Below, in pieces: positions 28,830 through 39,815 of a stretch of 64,000 nt of DNA. Every line of letters begins with the position of its first letter. Positions within the stretch are counted from its first letter, which is position 1. Source of the stretch: an uncultured archaeon. GTDB lineage: Archaea > Asgardarchaeota > Lokiarchaeia > Sigyniarchaeales > SOKP01. The position numbers were made by a program, and so were the translations under genes. The notes under the pieces were generated by a model that saw nothing but the letters and a program-made list of their open reading frames with translations, had not been told where the DNA came from and did no database searches. The stretch is taken from assembly GCA_964486045.1 (NCBI GenBank), contig CAZALK010000019.1:1-64000 (forward strand), given 5' to 3'.

Positions 28830-29702
28830 ATGGAAAATATAATGGAAAACACAAGAAAAATCAAGGTATCATTAAAAAGCAGATCTACTCTTGAGGGCGC
28901 TGGAGTTCGATTAAAGCGTGCGTTTGGATATGCAGATCCTTCTTTAGACCCATTTTTACTTCTCGATGATTTTCACTCAGATAATCCTAATGATTATCTC
29001 GCAGGATTTCCATGGCATCCTCATCGGGGAATAGAAACAATAACTTATATGCTTCACGGTAAGGTGGAACATGGTGATAGTTTAGGTAATGGAGGCGTTA
29101 TTGAAGCAGGTGACGTTCAATGGATGACTGCTGGATCAGGCATAATCCATCAAGAAATGCCTAAAAAAGGGAGAAAAGATACATTACTTTGGGGATTTCA
29201 ACTCTGGGCAAATCTTCCCACCTCCCATAAAATGATGGATCCAAGATATCGAGATATTAAAAAAACTCAAATCCCAGAGATCTCATTAAATGACAATAAT
29301 GTAAGAATTAAGATAATATGTGGTGAAGTAAATGGAATTAAAGGGCCGGTACAAGATATAATTACTGATCCGGAGTATATAGAGGTGACGATTGACCCTA
29401 ATTCAGAATTTATTCATCGTATTAATACTGATTATAACACGTTTGCCTATACAATTGAAGGTGAAGGATACTTCGATGATAGAAGAGAAGAATTATTTGG
29501 GAAGGAAACACTGTTAATATACCAAAAAGGGGATTCTGTAAAAATTTGTACAGATAATGAAAAAGTTAGATTCTTACTAGTGTCAGGGAAGCCATTAAAT
29601 GAGCCTGTTGCTTGGCGTGGCCCTATTGTAATGAACACTGAAGAAGAATTAAGGTTTGCCTTCAACGAATATCAAGATGGTACATTTATCAAGCATAAAT
29701 GA
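28830..29702 (+). CDS. pirin family protein
   Basis: DPFLLLD, GFPWHPHRGIETITY, QWMTAGSGIIHQE, QLWANLP, GPIVMN. Confidence 0.96.
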   Translation: MENIMENTRKIKVSLKSRSTLEGAGVRLKRAFGYADPSLDPFLLLDDFHSDNPNDYLAGFPWHPHRGIETITYMLHGKVEHGDSLGNGGVIEAGDVQWMTAGSGIIHQEMPKKGRKDTLLWGFQLWANLPTSHKMMDPRYRDIKKTQIPEISLNDNNVRIKIICGEVNGIKGPVQDIITDPEYIEVTIDPNSEFIHRINTDYNTFAYTIEGEGYFDDRREELFGKETLLIYQKGDSVKICTDNEKVRFLLVSGKPLNEPVAWRGPIVMNTEEELRFAFNEYQDGTFIKHK

Positions 29703-29800
29703 TTAGTCATTATCTCACCTGAGTTCTTGACTATGTAATTGTATAATTTTAAATGATCAGAGTTTTTCCAATTATTTAAAAACATAAAGATGGCAACCTA

Positions 29801-30070
29801 ATGGGAGAAGAAGTCTCGTCTGAATTAAAGGAAAAAATTAATAAAAATGTAGAAAAAGTATTTGAGAAGTGGATTGAGAAAGCTTCTAAAGGCGAATCTA
29901 TAGAAGGATTAATTAAAAGTCTAATGGTTGAAAAAATTATGAATATCCTTGGAGTTGTAATAAAAAGAACTTTAGTAAAGAAACTAGCTAAAAAAGCAGT
30001 AAAAAGGAGAGTAGACAAATTCTGGGATAAAAATAGGGAAATGATTATGACGAAAATTAACCTTCTGTAA
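29801..30070 (+). CDS. small helical hypothetical protein
   Basis: 89-aa Lys/Glu-rich ORF with ATG start and downstream T-tract. Confidence 0.7.
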   Translation: MGEEVSSELKEKINKNVEKVFEKWIEKASKGESIEGLIKSLMVEKIMNILGVVIKRTLVKKLAKKAVKRRVDKFWDKNREMIMTKINLL

Positions 30071-30163
30071 CTATCTTTTTTTTTCAATTTATTTATTGAT
30101 CTCATAATCATTTACTAAAATTCAAGTAAAAGACAATATTTTCTATTCTATAGGTGATCAATA

Positions 30164-31018
30164 ATATTTCAAAATGATTTTAAGGTTTTTGATGCGCATC
30201 TTCACACATATGGCGTGTTTCTTGAGCATAATGAAGATATTATTCAATACATGGACAGATTTAATGTAGAAAAAGCTATTATAACAACAATAAATAGATC
30301 AAAATACCACATTAAACAAAAAGAAGCAGTTTCTCAAGTAGATAAAGGAAATGAAATTAATATATTTATGGATAGATTTAAGGAATTAATGCTTCAAGGT
30401 CAACTAGATCATTCTGATGTCAAGATGGTTGCTAAAAAAGCTCCTGAGAGATTTTATAAGTTTTTCTGGTTTAATCCGAATATTGATCAAGAAAAAGAAG
30501 AAAAAGATTATCAAATTTTAGAAAATCACTTTAAGGAAGGTTTTTGTGGTGTTAAAATTCATTCGGGTTTTCATAGGATTAACATACCGAAGGATATTGT
30601 AAAATTAGTTTCTTTTATGCAAGAATTTGATAAAAACCTAATTTTATACATTCACTCCTTACCAAAAACATCCTTTTTTAAAGGAGTATCTACGAAAGAT
30701 ATATCTAATTTAGCTAAAAGCTTTCCAAAATTAAGAATTATTGTTGGCCATGCTGCAAATACTATGTCGTATGCTATGGAAGTAGGTATGACTTTAAATT
30801 ATGAAAACATATTTTTTGAAACCTCTTGTTCAGTCTCATTCGGAATTTACAATCTAATAAAAATTATTGGTCATGAAAAAATTCTCTTTGGTTCTGATTC
30901 ACCAACAGCTTCTACACTCCCCATTGAAATTGAAAAAATAATGTCATTACCAAGAATTTCAAAAGAAATAAAGCAAGATATCTTATTTAATAATGTACAT
31001 CGTCTACTAAATACTTAA
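30164..31018 (+). CDS. amidohydrolase-2 family TIM-barrel hydrolase (probable ATA start)
   Basis: In-frame VFDAHLH at 30185-30205 lies upstream of the track start 30215; GVKIH, YIHS, IVGHA, FETS, LFGSDSP. Confidence 0.85.
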   Translation: MFQNDFKVFDAHLHTYGVFLEHNEDIIQYMDRFNVEKAIITTINRSKYHIKQKEAVSQVDKGNEINIFMDRFKELMLQGQLDHSDVKMVAKKAPERFYKFFWFNPNIDQEKEEKDYQILENHFKEGFCGVKIHSGFHRINIPKDIVKLVSFMQEFDKNLILYIHSLPKTSFFKGVSTKDISNLAKSFPKLRIIVGHAANTMSYAMEVGMTLNYENIFFETSCSVSFGIYNLIKIIGHEKILFGSDSPTASTLPIEIEKIMSLPRISKEIKQDILFNNVHRLLNT

Positions 31019-31294
31019 ATCTAACAGCAGATTTATTAATATCATAGTCATAAATCGAACTCTCGGAATTTTTTTGACTAATTTCTAATGGTAAAACTCT
31101 CAAAACAAATTAATAATCCAGATTTTTCTCAATTGCCAAATATATTAATCAATTAATTTTGTATCAAATTGTTATTAAAGTTTGAGATATTCTAATTAAA
31201 TACTATCATTTATTTCTATTTTAATAATAAATCAATTAAAAGATTAATCCTATTTTTTTATAATTATAAAGAAAAAATTACTAAGGATGATTAA

Positions 31295-31870
31295 GTGAGT
31301 TATTTAAGGGATAATAAAGTCTGGGAGGAAGAAGAAGAATTAAAGTGGGATGTAATAGAAATATCTAAAGTTGACGACAAAATTATTAGAACCTTAATCG
31401 AAAAAATGTCTTTGGATTCGTCTGATTTATCAGATAGTTTTTTTATCGCTTTTGAAAGTCTTTTGAAAATTGGAAAGAGAGCTGAGCAAGTGATTGATTC
31501 TTACATTAAGGAGACTAATGAGATACATAATTTTAAAGTAGATATTTTTAATTTCTTATTAGATTTCATAAAAAATAACACAATTGAATTTATATTAGTA
31601 CCTCAACTTTATAATCCTGATTTCATAGCTAGAGCTCGAGCAATCTTTAAAATTGAACAAGCAGGTGATCAAAAATATTTAAAGTTTATAATGCCATTGC
31701 TAAACGATCCTGACGATTCAGTTCGCTGGGCAGTAATAAGATGTTTGGATAGATTAAATATGGTAAAAAATCCGATAGTTTGTAAAGAATTATTGATCTT
31801 TCAAGAAGTTGAGTTAAATCCATATATAAAAGAAAAATTAAGGGAGATCCTCAAAGTACGAAGGAATTAA
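31295..31870 (+). CDS. HEAT-repeat protein
   Basis: LYNPDFIARARA, LLNDPDDSVRWAV, ELNPYIKE. Confidence 0.75.
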   Translation: MSYLRDNKVWEEEEELKWDVIEISKVDDKIIRTLIEKMSLDSSDLSDSFFIAFESLLKIGKRAEQVIDSYIKETNEIHNFKVDIFNFLLDFIKNNTIEFILVPQLYNPDFIARARAIFKIEQAGDQKYLKFIMPLLNDPDDSVRWAVIRCLDRLNMVKNPIVCKELLIFQEVELNPYIKEKLREILKVRRN

Positions 31871-31904
31871 AGTAGCATCTAACATATACACAAGATTTGT
31901 CATA

Positions 31905-32942
31905 TTAATAAGCCAGATCCTTAATGAATTTAATCATATAATTTTTTAGAATTGGTGTTAAGTCATTTTTCCACGCATGCCCATCTAATCTTCTTGCTTT
32001 ATTTACTCTGCTAAAGCTAGTCATAATATTAAATAATGTACGTCTTACACTTTCTATTGGATTTACTCGTCTAAATTTCTCCGATAAGGCTGAAGTTAAA
32101 TCTTCTGCAAGATTTTTAACCAACAGTTCTCTAAAATCGTCAAAATTATAAAGTTTTCCAAATTTGAAGTACGATGACAAAAATTGGGATACTGCATTCT
32201 CAATTTCTTTTTGAGAAATCTCTATTTTTCTAACACAATATGTCTTAATCAGGCGTTCTAATAATAACCCGTTAAAATTTTCCTCAATTTTTGCCTTTTC
32301 AAAACTAGTTTTCTTAAATTTTAATTCTTTTCTCTCTTTTTCTTCCTTTCTTGAAAATAAGACATTTTCATAGTCTTTTACGATAATAACTGATAACGCG
32401 GATCGTAATATTATTACGTTCGTGTTTATTTTTTCTATTCCCTGAAAATGAGTCGGGACATTATGAATATGCTTTTCTAATATATCTTTTATATTGAGAT
32501 TCTTTGATTCATAGGGACTAAAAAAAATTTCATATAATGCACTAAAATTATATTCTCGGATATCTTCTCTAAGCGAATTTCTTATATACTTATCATATTC
32601 TAAAAAGAATCGAAAAATACAATCATCAACAGCTAAACTCAAATTGTGGGAAGGATATTGTGCCCGAATAAGGTACTTTTTGTATTCTAACCGGATTTTT
32701 TGGGCTCTTATCCATTCAAATGCCAGATCTAACTGTTCTTTGCCTTCGGCAATTTTGTCTCTAAAATATAACAGGGTTTCATAAACTTCATTATAATTAG
32801 AACCGATGGATTGGTTTATTAAAAATCTTGCAATAATTTGACTTGGACCTAAATTCTTAAATTGATTCTTAAGTCTTTCGTAATACCTTAATAGTCTATC
32901 CTTTTCTATCTTATACAGTTTCTCAAAATTTGATTCTTCCAT
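31905..32942 (-). CDS. hypothetical alpha-helical protein
   Basis: 345-aa ORF, 8 nt from the upstream gene; no recognised motif. Confidence 0.75.
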   Translation of the reverse strand: MEESNFEKLYKIEKDRLLRYYERLKNQFKNLGPSQIIARFLINQSIGSNYNEVYETLLYFRDKIAEGKEQLDLAFEWIRAQKIRLEYKKYLIRAQYPSHNLSLAVDDCIFRFFLEYDKYIRNSLREDIREYNFSALYEIFFSPYESKNLNIKDILEKHIHNVPTHFQGIEKINTNVIILRSALSVIIVKDYENVLFSRKEEKERKELKFKKTSFEKAKIEENFNGLLLERLIKTYCVRKIEISQKEIENAVSQFLSSYFKFGKLYNFDDFRELLVKNLAEDLTSALSEKFRRVNPIESVRRTLFNIMTSFSRVNKARRLDGHAWKNDLTPILKNYMIKFIKDLAY

Positions 32943-32950
32943 TCTAACTG

Positions 32951-34018
32951 TTAAACCTCAAGTTCAGAATCATCTTTGTTATCATGAACATCCGCTATTT
33001 GATTAAGTTCTTCATTCGAAATGGTACCCCATATCACATCTTCAAATTCTGGATTTATAGATTTGATAACTTTTCTGAGATTTTTCTTTCTATCCAAAAT
33101 AGTTCTTAATATTTTTCTATAGTAAGACATGTTATGGTTTTCTTCGGTATCCTGACTTTGTTGGACTAATATAACGCCGTAACTTTTAGAAATACTGTTT
33201 TCTATGACAAATTCTTCAAAATACACAACTTTTTTATTTTCATGACTGAGTTTGATCAATCTAATATTCGGATATACTCCTTTTTTATTATAAAGATCCA
33301 ATGTATCACTTATCAGATGCTCATAATAATCCGGTAAAATTGACATAACATAAAACGATGGAATAAGATCTAAATATTTTTTTCTGAGTGGGTCATTTTT
33401 ATCAAACGTAAAGAGATTTGAAACTCTTAAATCTTCAGAATTTTTCCTTTCTATTACTCCTACGCAATAATATTGTTGTCGTTCTTCCCAATAGACTTTC
33501 CTGGAAGCTCCAAGAGAATACTCTATAAGATTCATTCCTCGATATAATTCATGATGAAGAAATCGGTCTAAATTGAATCGAGAACCTAACAAATTTTCGT
33601 TTACGATTTTACCTTGGAGAATACTAGGATGGATATATTTTGAAATTTCATCATGTATCAGCTTAATATCTTCAGTAAAAGGAGTGCTTATTAATGTGAA
33701 AAGGTTTGTACTCCCGTCTAATGTTCTCATTGAAGAATTAAGAGCAAAAAAAGACTGAATAACAGATGCATCGTAAACTTCAACATCTGATAATGATAAT
33801 GAAGACTCGATAAATTCAATTATCCAATTATTTCCTATACCACTAGCCGCTGTTAAGAATACAGGCCCTAGAAATTTAAATGAAAGCATTTTCAATTCAT
33901 TTTTTTTCTCTTCACTAAAATTTTCAGAGCTTTTAATATTTTCAAATACTAAATTATCCTCATCAGCGAAGAAGAGTCCTAAAATAATTTCTTCGTTCTG
34001 CATTATCCTTATTCTCAC
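32951..34018 (-). CDS. hypothetical protein (probable start ATG 34003; possibly two longin/uDENN-like alpha/beta units)
   Basis: Long ORF with upstream TATA. The fold guess rests only on the strand/helix pattern. Confidence 0.7.
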   Translation of the reverse strand: MRIRIMQNEEIILGLFFADEDNLVFENIKSSENFSEEKKNELKMLSFKFLGPVFLTAASGIGNNWIIEFIESSLSLSDVEVYDASVIQSFFALNSSMRTLDGSTNLFTLISTPFTEDIKLIHDEISKYIHPSILQGKIVNENLLGSRFNLDRFLHHELYRGMNLIEYSLGASRKVYWEERQQYYCVGVIERKNSEDLRVSNLFTFDKNDPLRKKYLDLIPSFYVMSILPDYYEHLISDTLDLYNKKGVYPNIRLIKLSHENKKVVYFEEFVIENSISKSYGVILVQQSQDTEENHNMSYYRKILRTILDRKKNLRKVIKSINPEFEDVIWGTISNEELNQIADVHDNKDDSELEV

Positions 34019-34351
34019 AGAAAAGGTTTAATATAAATCCTATTATAAGATAATTCCCATAGTTTTAAGTTTAAGTTTTTCAAAAAAGATTCTGGATTCC
34101 CCTTTTGACTTCAAAAGAAATCGTTTTAGAAAGAAAAAATCTGAAACTAAATTTTCAAATTTTGTGGTAAAATTCAAAATTCTCAATATTTCCATATATT
34201 ATGTATGTGTTGATGGTTAAACAAAAAAATTTCAGATTATATTTATAAGAATTTGTTTCCATTAAGATAATAATTGAGTGGTATAATAATTTAAAAATAT
34301 ATTAACTCACAAAATAATTAATATATCTAATGAAATTTAGGATTTGTAAAA

Positions 34352-34882
34352 ATGTCTCATTACGATTTCACCTTTAAGATTCTTCTTTTAGGGGATGCAT
34401 CGGTTGGTAAAACTTCGTTTACCAAACGCTATTGTTACAACATTTTCAACCCAAGTGAGAGATTGACTATAGGTGTTGACTTTCATGTTAAAACTATTGA
34501 ACTGAATGATAAAAAAATAAAACTTCAAATATGGGATGTTGGGGGAGAGGAAAGATTTAGATTCCTTTTACCAACATACTGTTTAGGTGCAAATGCCGCA
34601 TTTCTATTATATGATATAACACGACCATCTACCTTGGATAATATCTCAGAATGGATGACAATAGTTAGACAAAAAGGTGGACCTATCCCCATTATGCTCG
34701 TTGGTTCTAAAATAGATCTTTCAAAGATTTCTAGACAAGTTCCAAGAGATTATGGGATTCAAATTGCCGAAAAAAATAAAATGGCTAGCTTTGTTGAAAT
34801 TTCAGCTAAGGATAATGTTAATGTTGATGATGCTTTCAACGTACTTACAGAACTGACATTAGAGGGAACTAATAATAGGTGA
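34352..34882 (+). CDS. Rab-like small GTPase
   Basis: GDASVGKTS, TIGVDF, KLQIWDVGGEERF, YDIT, GSKID, EISAK. Confidence 0.95.
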   Translation: MSHYDFTFKILLLGDASVGKTSFTKRYCYNIFNPSERLTIGVDFHVKTIELNDKKIKLQIWDVGGEERFRFLLPTYCLGANAAFLLYDITRPSTLDNISEWMTIVRQKGGPIPIMLVGSKIDLSKISRQVPRDYGIQIAEKNKMASFVEISAKDNVNVDDAFNVLTELTLEGTNNR

Positions 34883-34886
34883 TGTA

Positions 34887-35849
34887 ATGGAAGCGGGTTT
34901 ATATTTGTCACTTAGTCAGTTGTTTGATTCCATCGGTATTATCGAAAAAGGGATAGAAAGAATTTACCATTATCTCTTAGATAATAAAAGAATTGATAAT
35001 CTCAAGGAAGTGTGCAATCAGTTTAATCTCTCTTTAAAAAGAGGATATAAGATCTGTTCAGTACTCAGTGATTTAAATCTTGTCCAAATTTATGACAGAC
35101 CAATGAAGATTCATTTAGCGACTCCTACATTAGAATTATGGCAAAATTTAATTCATCAACGAGTTGAAAATCTACAAAATCAATTTCAAGAGAAGAGAGA
35201 TAAATGTGAAGTTGCTCTTAAATCGTTTATTAATAAATACAAATTAGAAGAACAAGCTCCCCAAGAACCAGTTGAGTTTATTAAGTATGATCTACGGAAT
35301 CTTGATGAATCTTATCATGCGCTTTTAGCTCAAAAAGAATGTAAAATCGCTATTGGCATAAAATATAATAATCCATTAATAGATTACATCCATGAAGATT
35401 GGCGTAAAACGATATCCGAGGATGTTCAAGATTCTGTTGGACTTGGGATGAACAGGATCAAAGAAAATATAGCGAAGATAAATATCAAGGTTATCTTTAA
35501 TTCTGAAGTGATTAAAGAATTATTATCAAGTAAAGAATTTGCTCTCCTTATTGAGCATGTTGAACCCTTTAGTATGCAATTCAAGAGTATTTCTATTCAT
35601 GTTACTGACGAGGATTTTAGTAATTTTAGTCTCACTGATGAGGAGATTATACAGCCAAGTTTCGATCCAACTAACATTTTAATCGGGATTTATGTCTCTA
35701 GAAATAAAAATATATATCAAATTTTCAATGATAAATTTGAAGAGATATACGATAAGGGAATCCCTTTAAATCAATTTTTAACTCAAAATGAAGATATAAC
35801 AACCAATTCTCTTAATGAAACACAAGCTTTTGTACTGTGCGTGATGTGA
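34887..35849 (+). CDS. TrmB-like transcription regulator
   Basis: N-terminal wHTH (IYHYLL..YKICSVLSDLNLV..RP), coiled coil, C-terminal PLD-like effector region; AGGTGAT SD overlaps the Rab stop. Confidence 0.65.
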   Translation: MEAGLYLSLSQLFDSIGIIEKGIERIYHYLLDNKRIDNLKEVCNQFNLSLKRGYKICSVLSDLNLVQIYDRPMKIHLATPTLELWQNLIHQRVENLQNQFQEKRDKCEVALKSFINKYKLEEQAPQEPVEFIKYDLRNLDESYHALLAQKECKIAIGIKYNNPLIDYIHEDWRKTISEDVQDSVGLGMNRIKENIAKINIKVIFNSEVIKELLSSKEFALLIEHVEPFSMQFKSISIHVTDEDFSNFSLTDEEIIQPSFDPTNILIGIYVSRNKNIYQIFNDKFEEIYDKGIPLNQFLTQNEDITTNSLNETQAFVLCVM

Positions 35850-35882
35850 TTTTACCCGATATTGATAAAAAAGAGTCAAAAA

Positions 35883-37439
35883 TTATTGCTCTCTTTTTTG
35901 TTTTGCTATTAAAGCTTTTCTAAACTTTTCAAGCATTGCTCTTGGTGTAACTGTGTAATCTTCTTGTCGTTCAAATCTTTTTAAGTTTTTCTTAATTCCA
36001 AACAAGTATTTCGCAATATCTTTAAGCTTCTCTAGTGGATATCTTCCCATCATAGTAATAGTCTCCATTTGGGGTGACCCTCCTCCATGAAGCCCAGCAA
36101 CTTGCAAAAGGCCTGCAATATCAGAACATCCAATGCATTCAATTCCTTTAAAGCATTTTAAAACATTTTCAGGACTTACTCTTGGATTTCTCTGCATATA
36201 TTTCATCGCTAATGGACCTACTTCTTTATCATAGAATGTATCAAGGTATGGCAATGTTGCCATTAATCCACCTGCTAAATCCGCCAATATTTTATATTCT
36301 TCGTATATTCGCTCCCCTGCAAGTTTACGTCCTGCATTCGTAAGTATCTCATCTGGAACTTGAGTACCAGATGGAGCTTTTTCAGAATGAAGAGCACTTG
36401 ATTCACCAGCAGCAAAAACTAACTCTGCGGTCCCTAAAATATGGGAAATCTTATCTTTTACATGGGAAGTGCTTTGAATTCCATTATATTCTGCAACCAG
36501 AGCAGAAGCACTGGCTAACACTTCTGACATTGCTGCTTTACAACCAGTATAAGAATGACGATGATAATGTGCAAACATTAAAGCTAAAAATCCCGCATAA
36601 GGTGTTTGTTTATGATCTGCATGACCGTTTAAGAAAATTCTCTCTTTTGGGATAAAAACATCATCAAATATTATAAAAGTCTCACAGTCTCCTAAAGCTA
36701 AAGCTGCAGATTTCATATGCTCTGGAACATTTTTAGGTTGATGGAAATATGCGGGTCTTACCAGTAGTTTTACCCCCTCCCAATCAGCGGGAATGGCAAA
36801 CGCAACTGCATAATCATGATCCTCTGGCATCATCATTCTACAGGGAACCACAATAATCTCATGCACATAGGGTGTATTGGTGATACAACATTTTGCACCT
36901 CGAACTACAATTCCATCCTCTCTCGTTTCCACAATCCGTAAATATGCATCTGGATTTTCTTGTTGAGAGGGACGTTTTAGACGATCACCTTTCACATCAG
37001 TTGACGCGCAAGAACCTGCTAAATCATTTTCTTGAAAATATTTTAAGAAATTATTGAAATTTTCATAATATTTGGTGCCTAATGATTGATCACATTCATA
37101 AGTAATGACAGAAAGAGCATTAAGGGCATCTATTCCCATGCATCTTTGAATACAACCTGAAACTCTATGGCATAAAACTCTCGTCATTCTTTGCTTTTTA
37201 AACAAATCTTCTTTATTCTGATGGATGTGGCAAAATCTATTTATCTTTTCTCCAGTTAAGTGTGAGGTTGCCGTACATAGATCTTCAAATTTTTTATCGT
37301 GAGCAAGGTTATATGTCTCGCGCAAGATATTAATCCCACCTCTTATTCGAGGATCATCTCGACCAACCAGTTCGTCTGCTATCCATATGTTCTTTTTCAT
37401 CGAGTAGAGTGACTCAAGATATTCTTCAAAAGTTTTCAT
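35883..37439 (-). CDS. abfD: 4-hydroxybutyryl-CoA dehydratase family (HpaB-like fold)
   Basis: CIQRC, TDVKGDR..RP, GIVVRGAK, HRHSYTGCK (Fe-S ligands), HGGGSP. Confidence 0.85.
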   Translation of the reverse strand: MKTFEEYLESLYSMKKNIWIADELVGRDDPRIRGGINILRETYNLAHDKKFEDLCTATSHLTGEKINRFCHIHQNKEDLFKKQRMTRVLCHRVSGCIQRCMGIDALNALSVITYECDQSLGTKYYENFNNFLKYFQENDLAGSCASTDVKGDRLKRPSQQENPDAYLRIVETREDGIVVRGAKCCITNTPYVHEIIVVPCRMMMPEDHDYAVAFAIPADWEGVKLLVRPAYFHQPKNVPEHMKSAALALGDCETFIIFDDVFIPKERIFLNGHADHKQTPYAGFLALMFAHYHRHSYTGCKAAMSEVLASASALVAEYNGIQSTSHVKDKISHILGTAELVFAAGESSALHSEKAPSGTQVPDEILTNAGRKLAGERIYEEYKILADLAGGLMATLPYLDTFYDKEVGPLAMKYMQRNPRVSPENVLKCFKGIECIGCSDIAGLLQVAGLHGGGSPQMETITMMGRYPLEKLKDIAKYLFGIKKNLKRFERQEDYTVTPRAMLEKFRKALIAKQKREQ

Positions 37440-37792
37440 AATTAGAATAATATCTTACATTAAAAAAAATTAATTAACTGAGTTTTAAGAGTTTTCAAAT
37501 TTTTTTATTATTTTTAGTAACATCAAAAAGAGATTTAACTTCTACAAACCTGGAAAAGAATATTTTGTAAGATAATTAAATTAATTCATATATTCATTTT
37601 TATGACGAATAGTACTATTTTTATTAAACGATTTTTAAATAAAATTTATTTAACTGAAAAAGATTCATTGATTGCTAAAGTTCTGTTTATTTTATAAGTA
37701 TAAATCTAAAAAACTGTAAAACTTTTTCAAAAAGCTTTTTAATGTACAATCGATAGCATTATTAATATCTTAAAAATATGGAATTTTGAATA

Positions 37793-39121
37793 ATGGATAA
37801 CCGTATATATCTTTTGGATGTAACTAATAGAGATGGAGTTCAAACAAGCCGTTTAGGTTTAGCTAAATTAGAAAAAACTGTTTTAAACATTTTATTAAAT
37901 AGGATGGGAATATTTCAATCCGAGATCGGCTTTCCAACAACACTTCACGAAACTAATTATATTAATGCCAATTTAGAGCTTGCTAAAATAGGAGTACTTC
38001 ACCCAATGAAACTGTCAGGATGGATGCGAGCGATTGAGTCAGACGTGGAAAAAGCTATGGAACTCACACAGTTGGAACATATCAATTTATCAATCTCTAC
38101 ATCCAATCAGATGATAAACGGTAAATTCAAGGGGAAATATGATGGTAATGACATCATCAGAATGATGGTGGAAGCTGTAAAAAGAGCAAATGATTTAGGG
38201 ATAAAAACAATTGGTGTAAATGCGGAAGACGCTAGCAGAACTTCACTGGAGTTTTTAATCAAATTTTCATTAGCCGCAAAAAAAGCAGGAGCTCATCAAA
38301 TCCGATATTGTGATACATTAGGGTATGAAACTCCCTTCCGAATTCATTTCCGTATGAAAGATCTTACAAAAGCTGTAGATTTACCAATGGAATTACATTG
38401 TCATAATGATTTAGGTATGGCTGTTGCGAACTCAATTATGGGTGCTAAAGGTGTTCTTGAAGAAGGTCAAGATGCATTGATAAACACTACAGTTAATAGT
38501 ATGGGTGAAAGAGCGGGTAATGCTGACTTAGCCTCTACAGCGTTAGCTTTAAAGCACGGCGCTGAAATTGAAGAATTGGGGATGGTAGATCCACGAATAG
38601 ATTTATCAAAGGCATGGAAGATTGCAAATTATGCATCCCATGCATTTGGAGTTCCTATTCCAGTTAATCAACCGGGTGTAGGAGATAATGCTTTTGCTCA
38701 TGAATCGGGAATTCATGCTGATGGTGCTCTTAAAGATCACAAAAATTATGAATTATATGACTACGATGAATTAGGAAGAGGAGAAACGATAATGATTGAA
38801 ACTGGGAGAAAAATAACTACAGGAGAATATTCCGGGATTTCTGCTTTTATGCACAGTTATAATCATTTTAATATACAATTTAAAGACGATGAGGAGGCGA
38901 GACAGATTTTAGAACTTGTGAGATATGCTAATGTACATAAACAACGACCCTTGGTAAAGGAAGAGTTTATCTTTATCGCAGAATATCCGAAGATTGCAAA
39001 ACAAATATTAACTATGGCCCCCCCAGATATCTCAATAGATCGACCTCATTATGAGATTGCTAAAAAAAGGTTAGAAAAAAGAACTGAGGAAAAAAAGTTA
39101 AATGTTGTAGTTAGGGATTAA
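37793..39121 (+). CDS. homocitrate synthase / DRE-TIM metallolyase family (NifV-like)
   Basis: DVTNRDGVQ, EDASR, CDTLG, HCHNDLGMAVAN, GERAGNA, AFAHESGIHADG. Confidence 0.85.
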   Translation: MDNRIYLLDVTNRDGVQTSRLGLAKLEKTVLNILLNRMGIFQSEIGFPTTLHETNYINANLELAKIGVLHPMKLSGWMRAIESDVEKAMELTQLEHINLSISTSNQMINGKFKGKYDGNDIIRMMVEAVKRANDLGIKTIGVNAEDASRTSLEFLIKFSLAAKKAGAHQIRYCDTLGYETPFRIHFRMKDLTKAVDLPMELHCHNDLGMAVANSIMGAKGVLEEGQDALINTTVNSMGERAGNADLASTALALKHGAEIEELGMVDPRIDLSKAWKIANYASHAFGVPIPVNQPGVGDNAFAHESGIHADGALKDHKNYELYDYDELGRGETIMIETGRKITTGEYSGISAFMHSYNHFNIQFKDDEEARQILELVRYANVHKQRPLVKEEFIFIAEYPKIAKQILTMAPPDISIDRPHYEIAKKRLEKRTEEKKLNVVVRD

Positions 39122-39234
39122 TCAAGCAAATATTTCCCAAAATGTTCCTCTAAAGTTCGTTTCTTATTATTTATTTTTTTAAAATTTAAAAGAAAAAAAT
39201 TTGGTAAATATTAAAATTCAAGATTACACCCGAT

Positions 39235-39660
39235 TTAGTCATATCTCCTGTACGTTGCCAATAACCAAACGAAGCCGGCTAGTCCGACAACTGTTGCCAC
39301 TACTGTAATGTAATTTGGCCAATATGACCAAAATGTAGAATCAGAAGCTGATCCAATCACTGCAGTGATACCTGCTGCTGCCATTATGCTTAAAACTACT
39401 AAGCCCATTCCCAATGCATATTCTTCTTCTCTGAACAAACCAATACCCGCTACTAGACACCAAAATCCTAACAGAATTGAAATTATCCCTTGAGTACCAA
39501 AAATAGAGAGCGCTTCATCACCTGGATTCAACCATGTTGGAAGTAAAATACCTGCCCAAGCTAATAGTTCCGTAACAGCTTTCAGAATAAACAGTAGGCC
39601 AATGATAATCATTAAAAAATTTAATAATTCATTTGAATCTTTTTTTTCTTTATCATTCAT
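39235..39660 (-). CDS. 4-TM membrane protein, hypothetical
   Basis: Four hydrophobic segments. Confidence 0.75.
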   Translation of the reverse strand: MNDKEKKDSNELLNFLMIIIGLLFILKAVTELLAWAGILLPTWLNPGDEALSIFGTQGIISILLGFWCLVAGIGLFREEEYALGMGLVVLSIMAAAGITAVIGSASDSTFWSYWPNYITVVATVVGLAGFVWLLATYRRYD

Positions 39661-39815
39661 AATAAATTCAACTTTTATTGTTTATAGAAATTCAAAGTCA
39701 AAGATAAAAACAGATCCCTTTCATATAAATTTAATGAGTATGGGATCATAATCCCTCTCTATCAACTTTCAGAATTTTAAATGATAATAAAGATAATACT
39801 AATATCTTTTTTTTA

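Noticed and set aside
34040-34200. ~50-aa minus-strand ORF MEILRILNF..
   Set aside because: AT-rich promoter DNA with Phe/Lys/Leu-biased translation and no support.
37793-39121. Nitrogen-fixation role for the NifV-like gene
   Set aside because: No nif genes in the window; homocitrate, Re-citrate and related synthases cannot be separated by eye.
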